Notes under the pieces: model-generated
Seen by the model: the letters and a program-made list of their open reading frames with translations, nothing else
Databases searched by the model: none
Told to the model about the DNA's origin: nothing
Program-made: the position numbers and the translations under genes
Assembly (NCBI GenBank): GCA_964291675.2
Contig: OZ219866.1
Coordinates: 1,280,001-1,344,000 of the forward strand
Direction: 5' to 3'
Length of the DNA stretch: 64,000 nt
From: Alphaproteobacteria bacterium
GTDB taxonomy: Bacteria; Pseudomonadota; Alphaproteobacteria; MPNO01
Shown: one piece after another, positions 10,319 to 19,126 of the stretch
How the letters are laid out: every line of letters starts with the position of its first letter
Position numbering within the stretch: the first letter of the stretch is position 1

Positions 10319-11545
10319 ATGGTGGGCAAGCCATCCGACATACTCATCGTCGGCGGCGGGATCGGCGGGCTCGCGCTCGCGCTTGCGCTGCACGACCGCG
10401 GCCTGTCGTGCCGGGTCTACGAGGCCGCGCCGGAATTCCAGCCGCTCGGCGTCGGCATCAACATGCTGCCCCACGCGATCCGCGAGCTGACCGCGCTCGG
10501 CCTCCAGCCCGCTCTGGAGTCGTATGGGGTGGAGGCGCGCGAGTTCGCCTATTTCAACCGGCACGGCCAGGCCGTCTTCGCCGAGCCCTGCGGCCGCTTC
10601 GCGGGGTACGAGTATCCGCATTTCTCGATCCACCGGGCGGACCTCCATCGGGTGCTGTTCGACGCGGCGATCGACCGGCTGGGGCCGGGCGCGGTGCATC
10701 TCGGACATCGCTGCGTCGCCGTCCAGCAGGACGCGGCGGGCGTCGAATTGCGGTTCGACGGCGCGGCGCCCGCGACCGGCGCCGTCGCCGTCGGCGCGGA
10801 CGGCTTCCATTCGGCCGTGCGGCGCCAGCTCCACCCCGCGGAGGGCGAACCCCATTTCGGCGGCATCAACATGTGGCGCGGGGTCACAAGGCGGCAGCCA
10901 TTCCTCACCGGCGCCAGCGTCATCCGCGTGGGCACGGTGGCGCGCGGCAAGATGGTGATCTACCCCATCCGGCGGTTCGACGACGGCACCCAGCTGATCA
11001 ACTGGGTGACCGAGCAGCCCACCGACACCCGAAAGCCCAATGACTGGGCGACGCCCGGGCGAATGGCGGATTTCATCGCTCCCTTCGCGGGCTGGAAATT
11101 CGACTGGCTGGACATTCCGGCGCTGATCGCCGATGCCGAGTTCATTCTCGAATATCCCATGGTCGACCGCGACCCGATCCGCCGATGGAGCTTCGGCCGG
11201 GTGACGCTGCTGGGGGATGCGGCGCATCCGATGTACCCGCGCGGCGGCAATGGCGGGGCGCACGCGATCCTCGACGCCGAGGCGCTGGCCAGGCGGCTCG
11301 CCGGGCTCGACGACCCGCCGGCCGCGCTCAGGGCCTATGAGGACGAACGCCTGGACGTGGCCAACCGAATCGTGCTGACCAACCGCGAGCAGCCGCCGGA
11401 TCACATCATCGAGATCGTCGAGTCGCTGACCGGGGGCGAGCCGTTCCACCGGATCGAGGACGTGATCGATCCGGCCGAGCTGGCGGCGATATCCGATCGC
11501 TACAAGCAAATCGCGCGATACAGCCTCGACGCGGTCGGAGACTGA
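10319..11545 (+). CDS. FAD-dependent monooxygenase (aromatic hydroxylase family)
   Basis: IVGGGIGG, GVGINMLPHA, GADGFHSAVR, TLLGDAAHPMYP. Confidence 0.92.
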   Translation: MVGKPSDILIVGGGIGGLALALALHDRGLSCRVYEAAPEFQPLGVGINMLPHAIRELTALGLQPALESYGVEAREFAYFNRHGQAVFAEPCGRFAGYEYPHFSIHRADLHRVLFDAAIDRLGPGAVHLGHRCVAVQQDAAGVELRFDGAAPATGAVAVGADGFHSAVRRQLHPAEGEPHFGGINMWRGVTRRQPFLTGASVIRVGTVARGKMVIYPIRRFDDGTQLINWVTEQPTDTRKPNDWATPGRMADFIAPFAGWKFDWLDIPALIADAEFILEYPMVDRDPIRRWSFGRVTLLGDAAHPMYPRGGNGGAHAILDAEALARRLAGLDDPPAALRAYEDERLDVANRIVLTNREQPPDHIIEIVESLTGGEPFHRIEDVIDPAELAAISDRYKQIARYSLDAVGD

Positions 11546-11547
11546 CG

Positions 11548-12480
11548 CTACTGCCCGGAGAGCGGATCGGCCGCGAGGCCGTACCCCTCGACCCGCAGCC
11601 GCCGCGCGAGCTCCGCCATATGGGCGGGCCCGATCTCGCAGCAGCCGCCCAGGATCGTCGCGCCCGATGCCGCCCAGCGCAGCGCATGGTCGGCGTAGGT
11701 CGCCGGGTCCAGATCCGCGCGCGCCTCCAGCACGTCCGCGGTTCCGCCGGGTTCGAGGACATCGACCGTGACGAACCCGTTGGCATAGGCGCCGAACGGG
11801 ACGCCGGTCCGCGCGAGCGCCGGTAGCGCGTCGGCGGTCGCCTCCGGGCGGGAACAGTTGATCAGCAGCGCCGCCGCACCCGCTTCCAGAGCCGCATGCG
11901 CGCCTTCCGCGACGGGTTCGCCGGAACGCAGCACCGAGCCGTTCGAGTCGTCCACCGTCAGCGCGGTCCACACCGTCCGTCCGCTCTCGCGCGCGGCGAC
12001 GGTCGCGATGCGCGCCTCGGCGACCGAAGCAAGGGTCTCGCAGAGGAACAGGTCCACATGGTCGGCCTGGGCGGCCACGATCCTGCGGTAGTCCGAGAGG
12101 CAGGTTTCCTCCGGCGGCGTCAGATCGGGTCTGTAGCTGTCGACCAAGGGCGGCAGGCAGCCGGCGATCCGGATCTCCCGCCCGCTCTGCTCCCGAGCCG
12201 CGTTCGCCGCGCTCACGGCGGCTTCGTGCACCTCATCGAACATGCCGGCCCGGCCGGCGCGCGCGAGCTGGCTCGGGGTCGCGGTGTAGGCGTTCAACGT
12301 GATCACCCGGGCGCCGGCCTCGATGAAGTCGAGATGGACCGCCTCGACGAGCTCGGGCTCGTCCATCATGACCTGGACCGACCAGAGCGGCGACGGCGGG
12401 AGCGCGCTCCGCCGGTGCAACTCCTGGCCCAAACCGCCGTCCAGGACGACGATTTCCGCGCTGCGCTGTGGAACGGACAT
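11548..12480 (-). CDS. Homocysteine S-methyltransferase family protein
   Basis: VLDGGLGQEL, FIEAGA, Zn ligands INCS and GGCCEIGP. Confidence 0.92.
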   Translation of the reverse strand: MSVPQRSAEIVVLDGGLGQELHRRSALPPSPLWSVQVMMDEPELVEAVHLDFIEAGARVITLNAYTATPSQLARAGRAGMFDEVHEAAVSAANAAREQSGREIRIAGCLPPLVDSYRPDLTPPEETCLSDYRRIVAAQADHVDLFLCETLASVAEARIATVAARESGRTVWTALTVDDSNGSVLRSGEPVAEGAHAALEAGAAALLINCSRPEATADALPALARTGVPFGAYANGFVTVDVLEPGGTADVLEARADLDPATYADHALRWAASGATILGGCCEIGPAHMAELARRLRVEGYGLAADPLSGQ

Positions 12481-12492
12481 CCGGACCTCCGG

Positions 12493-13845
12493 CTAGGAAA
12501 CGAGGCGGGCGACCCTGCGGCGCGCCGTCTCGGCGAGCGCGACCGGATCGACCGTGGTCAAGCCGCCGTCGCGCACCACCGGGCGTCCCTCGACCAGCAG
12601 GTCGCGGACGGCAAACGGGCCGCACAGCACGAGGGCGGCGACCGGGTCCCAGGCCCCGGCGGCGCCGAGCCCCGATACGTCCCAGATCGCCAGATCCGCC
12701 CGCTTGCCGATCTCGATCGAGCCGATCTCGCCGGCGCGTCCGAGGACTTGCGCCCCGCCCAGGGTCGCGATCTCAAGGGCCTCGCGCACGGCCATCGCGT
12801 CCGCGCCATGGAGCGCCCGCTGCATCAGCATCGCCTGGCGGGCTTCCGGCAGGAGGCTCCCCGAATCGTTGCTGGCCGAGCCGTCGACCCCCAGCCCGAC
12901 GGCGATCCCGGAATCGCGCATCGCGCGCACCGGCGCGATCCCCGACCCCAGCCGGCAGTTCGACGACGGGCAATGCGCCACCCCGGTGCCGGTGCGGGCG
13001 AACAGCGCGATCTCGCTCGCGTCGAGCTCGACGCAATGGGCGTGCCACACATGTTCGCCCAGCCAGCCGAGCGACTCGGCGTAGTCGCCGGGCCGGCAGC
13101 CGAAGGTCTCCAGCGAGAAGGCGACATCCTCGGCGTTCTCCGCCAGATGGGTGTGCAGCCGCACCCCCTTGTCCGCGGCCAGCAGGGCGGCATCGCGCAT
13201 CAGCTCGCGCGAGACCGAGAACGGGGAGCAGGGGGCGATGCCCACCCGCACCATCGCGCCGGGGGACGGATCGTGGAAGGCATCGACCACCCGGATGCAG
13301 TCCTCGACGATGTCGGCCTCGCGCTCCACCAGGCGGTCGGGCGGCAGGCCGCCGGCGCTCTCGCCGACGCTCATCGCGCCGCGCGTCGCATGGAACCGCA
13401 GGCCGATCGTGGCCGCGGCCTCGATGGTGTCCTCCAGCCGGACGCCGTCGGGATAGAGATAGAGGTGGTCGGCGCTCGTCCCGCAGCCCGAGAGGGCGAG
13501 CTCGGCAAGGCCGAGCTGGGCGGAGACGAACATGTCCTCGGGCCGCATGCGCGCCCAGACCGGGTAGAGCGCCCCGAGCCAGGCGAACAGCAGCGCATCC
13601 TGGCAGGCCGGCACCGCGCGCGTCAGCGTCTGGAACAAATGGTGGTGCGTGTTGACCAGCGCCGGCGTCACCACGCAGCCGGCGGCGTCGATCGTTTCCC
13701 AGCCGGCGGGGTCCCCGGGACCGGCGCCGAGGGCCGCGATCCGTCCGTCCTCGACGAGGATGTCCACCCCCGCGAGCTCGCTGCGGTCGGCATCCATCGT
13801 GACCACAGCCAAGGCGTCGCGGATCCACCGCTTTTCCGCCGCCAA
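12493..13845 (-). CDS. 8-oxoguanine deaminase-like amidohydrolase
   Basis: NTHHHLFQTLTR, IAPCSPFSVS, HTHLAEN, HCPSSNCRLGSG, GVDGSASND. Confidence 0.9.
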   Translation of the reverse strand: MAAEKRWIRDALAVVTMDADRSELAGVDILVEDGRIAALGAGPGDPAGWETIDAAGCVVTPALVNTHHHLFQTLTRAVPACQDALLFAWLGALYPVWARMRPEDMFVSAQLGLAELALSGCGTSADHLYLYPDGVRLEDTIEAAATIGLRFHATRGAMSVGESAGGLPPDRLVEREADIVEDCIRVVDAFHDPSPGAMVRVGIAPCSPFSVSRELMRDAALLAADKGVRLHTHLAENAEDVAFSLETFGCRPGDYAESLGWLGEHVWHAHCVELDASEIALFARTGTGVAHCPSSNCRLGSGIAPVRAMRDSGIAVGLGVDGSASNDSGSLLPEARQAMLMQRALHGADAMAVREALEIATLGGAQVLGRAGEIGSIEIGKRADLAIWDVSGLGAAGAWDPVAALVLCGPFAVRDLLVEGRPVVRDGGLTTVDPVALAETARRRVARLVS

Positions 13846-13923
13846 CCCGTCCCTCCTGTCCGAACCGAAGCGCAGCCGGGAGTATCGTCCAAATCGGCGG
13901 AGATTTCAGGGTTTCGGGCGGCC

Positions 13924-14835
13924 CTAGACGCAGTCTTCCAGGAAGGCCAGGCAGCTATGCGCGATCGGCCTGTTGCGCCCCCGTTCGGTCAGGTAGCCGC
14001 AATACCGGCTGTGGAACTCGACGAAGTCGTCGGTCACCAGGGTCAGCGCGCCGCGTTCGATATACGGATCGACGAAATGCCGCCAGCCGAGCGCGATGCC
14101 GCGATCCGCGGCCGCGGACTCCAGCACGTAGGCGTAGCTGTCGAAACCCATGAAGCGCGGCCCGCTGTCGGGCCGGCCCACGAGGCGGAACCAGTCGTCC
14201 CAGGACGCCGATCCCGTAGCGCTGCCGATCTGCTGGAGGAAGGTCAAGCCTCCCCAGGAGCTGACCGGCCGCTCCAGGGTTGCCGCATGGGTCGCGGCGT
14301 AGCCGGGCGAGCAGACCGGCGCCACCGCTTCCCCGCAAACCACGACGTAATCCTGCTCCTCCGTACGCGGGTCCCAGGCGAGCACCAGATCGGCGATCGG
14401 ATCGAGCGGGAGCTGGCGCGCGTCGTATTGAAAGGTGAGCACCCGTATCGTGACATTCTCGCCGAGCGCGCCCTGGAGCGCCTCGTATCGCGGCAGCAGG
14501 AAGAATTGCGATGCATCGTGGGAGCAGGCGATCACCACCTGTTCGGCCTGCGGACCGCTGGAGGCATCGACGATCGCCGTGCGGATGATGCCGAGCCCGG
14601 TGACGACGGCTTCGCAAAATCGCCGCCCCGCATCGGTCAGGACCACCCCTTTGCGGGAGCGTTCGAAGAGCTGCGTACCCAGATGCTCTTCGAGGCTCGC
14701 GATATGGCGGCTGATCGCCGGCTGTGTCGCCCCGAGCTCCAGGGCCGCTCGCGAAAAGCTCCCGTGGCGCGCGGCGCATTCGAAAGCGGCCAACGCGCTC
14801 ATCGACGGAACCCGCTGAGGCGATTGTCGAGCCAT
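13924..14835 (-). CDS. LysR family transcriptional regulator (GcvA-like)
   Basis: ALAAFECAARHGSFSRAALELGATQPAISRHIASLE helix-turn-helix; 303 aa. Confidence 0.95.
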   Translation of the reverse strand: MARQSPQRVPSMSALAAFECAARHGSFSRAALELGATQPAISRHIASLEEHLGTQLFERSRKGVVLTDAGRRFCEAVVTGLGIIRTAIVDASSGPQAEQVVIACSHDASQFFLLPRYEALQGALGENVTIRVLTFQYDARQLPLDPIADLVLAWDPRTEEQDYVVVCGEAVAPVCSPGYAATHAATLERPVSSWGGLTFLQQIGSATGSASWDDWFRLVGRPDSGPRFMGFDSYAYVLESAAADRGIALGWRHFVDPYIERGALTLVTDDFVEFHSRYCGYLTERGRNRPIAHSCLAFLEDCV

Positions 14836-14952
14836 AGTGCATCAAATACATGTATAACCAGATCGTTACAACCGAGACGCTTAATTTTGAAGAAATGATT
14901 GGAATATTACTTTATCCTACAAATATATGCCTTTTGGTTATATGCATGAATG
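14836..14952. promoter_or_regulatory. AT-rich regulatory region upstream of the LysR gene
   Basis: Strongly AT-rich stretch in a GC-rich window; TAAC-N6-GTTA dyad (14855-14868) and inverted repeat TATAACCA(14853-14860)/TGGTTATA(14935-14942). Confidence 0.6.
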
Positions 14953-15101
14953 CGTGACCCGTCGCTCGTCCGGGAAATACCCGTGGCTGGCGGACGGGAC
15001 CCGGCCGGCGCGGCGTTTGCCGGGCTTGCCGGGGCGCGGATTTGCGGCGGATTGGACGCCGCCGCGGCCCGGCCCGGGACTCTGACGGAATCCGCCCGCG
15101 C

Positions 15102-16247
15102 TCATCCCGTGAGGTCGGCGAACAGCGCGGCGAAGCGCGGGTCGCGTTCGAAGCCGACGCCGGGCGCATCGCCGGGCCGGGCATGGCCGTCCGAGACTTC
15201 GAGACCCAGCGGAATCGGGCCGAGCGGCGCCGCCTCGTGGCCGCCCAGGCCGAGCCCCGCGGCGACGTTGAAAGCGAGCAGATGCCCGGCATGCGGCAGG
15301 CATTGGCGGCGCGGCCAGCCATGCGCCTCGACGATATCGAGGATGCGCAGATATTCGACGATGCCGTAGCTCAGCGAGATGTCCATCTGCAGCAGGTCAC
15401 GGTCCGGGCGGAGCCCGCCATAGCGCAGGAGATTGAGCGTGTCCGCCGCCGAGAACAGGTTCTCGCCGGTGGCAAGCGGAAGCGGCGAGGATCGGGCGAG
15501 CGCGCTCAGGGCCTCGAAGTCCAGCGGATCGACCGGTTCCTCGACCCATGCCGGATCGCGGCCGGCCACCTCGGAGATGAAGGTCGATGCCTCGGATCGA
15601 CCCATCGCGCCGTTGCAATCGACCGCGAGGGCACCGTCGGCGCCCAGATTGTCGAGAGCGGCGTCGATTCTGCGCAGATCTTCCCGAACGGGCGCCCCGC
15701 CGGCCTTGATCTTGACCGTGCGGAACCCGAGATCGACGCACGCGCGCACCTCGCCCGCGAGCCGCGCGAGGTCGTTCTCCTCGTGGTAGTGGCCGCAGCT
15801 CGCATAGACCGGCACGCGGCCTTCCCCGCCACCGTCGCCGAACCGTTCGGCAAGCAGCCGCCAGAGCGGCTTGTCCTCGAGCTTGGCGGCGAGATCCCAG
15901 CAGGCGGCGTCGATCAGCCCGACCGCGCCGGATCGTTCGCCGTGCCCGCCGGGTTTCTCGTCCCGCATGGCGATTTCCCAGACCCGGAACGGATCGGGAC
16001 CCCGCTCGCCGGCATAGTCATCCGGGTCGGCCGCCAGCACCCGCGGAACAAAGCGTTCGCGCAGCAGACCTCCGTGGCCGTAGCGCCCGACCGAGTCGAA
16101 GGCCAGCCCGATCGCGGGCTTGCCGCCGCGGGTCGCGTCGGAGACCATCGCGAGCGCGCTTGCGGTCATCCCGCGGAAGCCGATACTGGCGTTGCGCACG
16201 CCCGATGAGAGCGCGACGGTCTTTTCCCGTATGGCGACGATGCGCAT
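15102..16247 (-). CDS. Mandelate racemase/enolase superfamily enzyme, D-tartrate dehydratase (TarD)-like
   Basis: MRIVAIREKT...RNASIGF, GRYGHGGLLRERF, EKPGGHGERS, KxK motif VKIKAG, WVEEP, ATGENLFS. Confidence 0.85.
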   Translation of the reverse strand: MRIVAIREKTVALSSGVRNASIGFRGMTASALAMVSDATRGGKPAIGLAFDSVGRYGHGGLLRERFVPRVLAADPDDYAGERGPDPFRVWEIAMRDEKPGGHGERSGAVGLIDAACWDLAAKLEDKPLWRLLAERFGDGGGEGRVPVYASCGHYHEENDLARLAGEVRACVDLGFRTVKIKAGGAPVREDLRRIDAALDNLGADGALAVDCNGAMGRSEASTFISEVAGRDPAWVEEPVDPLDFEALSALARSSPLPLATGENLFSAADTLNLLRYGGLRPDRDLLQMDISLSYGIVEYLRILDIVEAHGWPRRQCLPHAGHLLAFNVAAGLGLGGHEAAPLGPIPLGLEVSDGHARPGDAPGVGFERDPRFAALFADLTG

Positions 16248-16325
16248 GCCGGCAGTGCCCCGGATCAGGCTGGCGTCGCCTCATCGTGCGGCGCGGGGCG
16301 GAGCGCGGCAAGTCGTTGGAAGGAT

Positions 16326-16402
16326 TGGCGCGCCCGGGAAGATTCGAACTCCCAACCTCCTGATCCGTAGTCAGGTGCTCTATCCAGTTGAGCTACGGGC
16401 GC
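16326..16402 (-). tRNA. tRNA-Arg (ACG)
   Basis: Minus strand GCGCCCGTAGCTCAACTGGATAGAGCACCTGACTACGGATCAGGAGGTTGGGAGTTCGAATCTTCCCGGGCGCGCCA; cloverleaf, anticodon ACG, encoded CCA. Confidence 0.98.
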
Positions 16403-16454
16403 ACGGGGTCGCCGATATACCGCCTGTCGGGTGGCGTGGCAACGGCTATTCGGG

Positions 16455-17129
16455 CTACTCGGCCGCTTCCGCCTTGGGCTCGCCGGCCATGCCGCGACGC
16501 AGATGCTCCGCGTCGGGTCCGCCCGGCGCCATGGTGAACAGGCTGTCGACGGCGGTGTAGTCGTGATAGCCGAGCCGCGCCAGCGGGCGCAGCCGGGCGA
16601 TGTCGAGCTTGCCGTCGGCGGTCAGCGCATCGTCGGCGATGTGCACGCCGATCACCCGCCCGACCACCACGTATGAGGTGTTCTCGACCGTGCGGCCGGG
16701 CAGCACCATCGTGGCGTGGTAGAGGCATTCGAGATGAACCGGCGAGGCCGCGACCCTGGGCGGCTTCACCAGCCTCGACGGCGCGGGCTCCAGCCCCGCA
16801 AGCGCCATCTCGTCGACCTCCGCATCGACGAACTGGGCCGTCGTGTTGACCGCCTCGCGCAGCGCCCAGGTCGCCATGTTGCACACGAACTCGCCGGTCT
16901 GCATGGCGTTGCGCGCGCTGTCCTTGGGATCCCCGCCCGGTTTCGGGCTGGCCGAGAACATCACATAGGGCGGGTCGTAGCCCAAATTGTTGAACTGGCT
17001 GTACGGCGCGAGATTGGGCACGCCGTCGGGGTCGAGGGTGGAGACCCAACCGATCGGCCGCGGCACGACGATCGACTTGTAGGGGTTGAAGGGCAGGCCG
17101 TGATCGGTCTTCCCGGGCTCGTAGAACAT
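16455..17129 (-). CDS. Flavin reductase-like FMN-binding protein
   Basis: PFNPYKSIVVPRPIGWVST, NLAPYSQFN, KDSARN, RPLARLGY. Confidence 0.9.
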   Translation of the reverse strand: MFYEPGKTDHGLPFNPYKSIVVPRPIGWVSTLDPDGVPNLAPYSQFNNLGYDPPYVMFSASPKPGGDPKDSARNAMQTGEFVCNMATWALREAVNTTAQFVDAEVDEMALAGLEPAPSRLVKPPRVAASPVHLECLYHATMVLPGRTVENTSYVVVGRVIGVHIADDALTADGKLDIARLRPLARLGYHDYTAVDSLFTMAPGGPDAEHLRRGMAGEPKAEAAE

Positions 17130-17225
17130 GGGGGCATCTCTCCGCCGTCGCCGACCGCCATTCTTCCACATCGCGGCATCCGCAAACAGCAGGGGGGAGG
17201 CGGCGAACCGGGCGGCCGCCTGCGG

Positions 17226-18110
17226 TCAGCCCGGCCGCGATCTCCGTCCCGGGGGCGGCACCGCGACGTTGTCGATCAACCGGGCCTTGCCGAGCCAGGC
17301 GGCGGCGAGCGCCCGCGCCTCCTGCCGGATCGGCGGGTCCGCCGGCCGCAGCGTCTCGCGGTCGACCACGGCGACATAATCGACGCGCCGGAACCCGGCG
17401 GCGAGGATGCTGCGCCCGGCCTCCCCGATCGCCCGGGCGAGATCGGCGCCGGGGGCGACCGCGCGTTCGGCGAGCGCGAGAAGCGCCCGGTGAAGCGCCG
17501 GCGCCGCTGCGCGCTCTTCCGCGCCCAGATAGACATTGCGCGAGGACAGCGCGAGGCCGTCCGCCTCCCGCACCGTGGGCACGCCGTGGACCGCGACTCC
17601 GAGATCGAGGTCCCGGGCGAGCCGGCGGACGACCTGTAGCTGCTGGAAATCCTTCTCGCCGAACCAGGCGGCGTCGGGCCGCACCATGTTGAACAGCTTG
17701 GCGACCACCGTGGCGACGCCCTCGAAATGGCCCGGCCTGAAGGCGCCGCACAGCCCTTCGCTCAGCTCGCCGACGGAGACCGCGGTCGAAAAGCCCTCGG
17801 GATAGACCGCCTCTCCGGGGGGCGCGAACAGGAGGTCTCCGCCGGCCGAGGCGATCAGCTCGGCATCCCTCGCCTGGTCGCGCGGATAGGCGGCGTAATC
17901 CTCGCCCGGCGCGAATTGTTTCGGGTTGACGAACAGGCTCGCGACCACCCGGTCCGATGCCGCCGCCGCTTCCCTGACCAGCGCCAGATGGCCGTCGTGG
18001 ACGGCGCCCATGGTGGGCACCAGCCCGACCGAGAGCCCGTCGGCGTGCCAGCCGGCGACCCGGCGCCGGACGTCTTCGGTCGCGTGCAGGATCTCGAGGC
18101 CCGGGGGCAC
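17226..18110 (-). CDS. panC: Pantoate--beta-alanine ligase
   Basis: VPTMGAVHDGH, FVNPKQF, RPGHFEGVATVV, FGEKDFQQ, LALSSRN, RLIDN; GTG start approximate. Confidence 0.97.
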   Translation of the reverse strand: MPPGLEILHATEDVRRRVAGWHADGLSVGLVPTMGAVHDGHLALVREAAAASDRVVASLFVNPKQFAPGEDYAAYPRDQARDAELIASAGGDLLFAPPGEAVYPEGFSTAVSVGELSEGLCGAFRPGHFEGVATVVAKLFNMVRPDAAWFGEKDFQQLQVVRRLARDLDLGVAVHGVPTVREADGLALSSRNVYLGAEERAAAPALHRALLALAERAVAPGADLARAIGEAGRSILAAGFRRVDYVAVVDRETLRPADPPIRQEARALAAAWLGKARLIDNVAVPPPGRRSRPG

Positions 18111-18142
18111 GTCGTCCTCGTCCGCAAGGGGGCGCGGCGGGC

Positions 18143-18979
18143 TCAGGCGAGCTTGGCGCGCTTGGGCACGCCGAAGCAGTGTTCCGGTCCGGGGAAGCGG
18201 CGCGCCCGCACGTCCTCGGCATAGGCCGCCACGGCCTCGCCGAGAGCATCGCCGAGCTCGGCATAGCGTCGGACGAAGCGCGGCGTGAACTCGGCGAACA
18301 GCCCGGCCATGTCCTCGGTGACCAGAACCTGTCCGTCGCAGCTCGGCGACGCGCCGATGCCGATGGTCGGCACCGGCACGCTGCCGGTGATCTCGCGCCC
18401 GACCGGCTCGATGACGCCTTCCACCACCATCGAGAAGGCCCCGGCCCCGGCGATCGCCCTGGCGTCCTCGACGATGGCGCGCCCGTCCGCCTCGCCGCGC
18501 CCCTGCACCCGGAACCCGCCATAGGCGTGAACCGATTGCGGCATCAGTCCGACATGCCCCATCACCGGGATCGAGCGCTTCACCAGGAATTCGACCGTCG
18601 GCGCCATCTCGACCCCGCCCTCCAGCTTGACCCCGGCGCATCCGGTCTCGGCCATTACCCTGGCGGCGTTGCGATAGGCCTGGGCAGGCGATTCCTGGTA
18701 GCTGGCGAACGGCATGTCGACGATGACGCAGCCATGCCCGGAGCCGCGGACGACCGCGGCGCCGTGCGCGATCATCATGTCCAGCGTCACGCCGAGGGTG
18801 TCCTGGAGCCCGTAGATCACCATGCCGAGGGAATCGCCCACCAGCAGCACGTCGACATGGGGGTCGAGGATCTTCGCCTGCGGCGCGGTATAGGCGGTCA
18901 GCACGACGATCGGCTCGGCGCCCTTGCGGGCGCGGAGCTCGGGCACGGTCACCCGCCGATCCCTGCTCGCCACGCTCAT
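18143..18979 (-). CDS. panB: 3-methyl-2-oxobutanoate hydroxymethyltransferase
   Basis: [38 protein letters not shown]. Confidence 0.97.
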   Translation of the reverse strand: MSVASRDRRVTVPELRARKGAEPIVVLTAYTAPQAKILDPHVDVLLVGDSLGMVIYGLQDTLGVTLDMMIAHGAAVVRGSGHGCVIVDMPFASYQESPAQAYRNAARVMAETGCAGVKLEGGVEMAPTVEFLVKRSIPVMGHVGLMPQSVHAYGGFRVQGRGEADGRAIVEDARAIAGAGAFSMVVEGVIEPVGREITGSVPVPTIGIGASPSCDGQVLVTEDMAGLFAEFTPRFVRRYAELGDALGEAVAAYAEDVRARRFPGPEHCFGVPKRAKLA

Positions 18980-19126
18980 CTCGCCCTCTTGCGTCGCCCG
19001 CGCCGCCGCGTGCAATAACCGGCGGGCCGCGACGGGCTAGTTGTAGACCTTTTTCGGGCCGCGCGAAACGTTGTCGGCGGACCGCCGGTTCCGCGGCGCG
19101 CCGGCAAATGCGTTATTGTCCCCGCC

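Noticed and set aside
5823-14898. Long 900-1000 aa ORFs (5823..8702, 8624..11545, 9203..11971, 11896..14898)
   Set aside because: Antisense or in-frame extensions over recognisable genes, low-complexity R/G/A/P composition; real genes start further in.
14950-15369. Plus-strand 139-aa ORF as the divergent LysR target
   Set aside because: Overlaps the enolase-family gene antisense, no RBS and no recognisable motif.
4771-16402. Genomic island integrated at the tRNA-Arg 3' end
   Set aside because: Accessory genes lie downstream of the tRNA, but no integrase and no duplicated tRNA 3' end were found by eye.
18980-19126. pan RNA motif or riboswitch upstream of panB
   Set aside because: Only generic GC-rich stems; no recognisable conserved motif.
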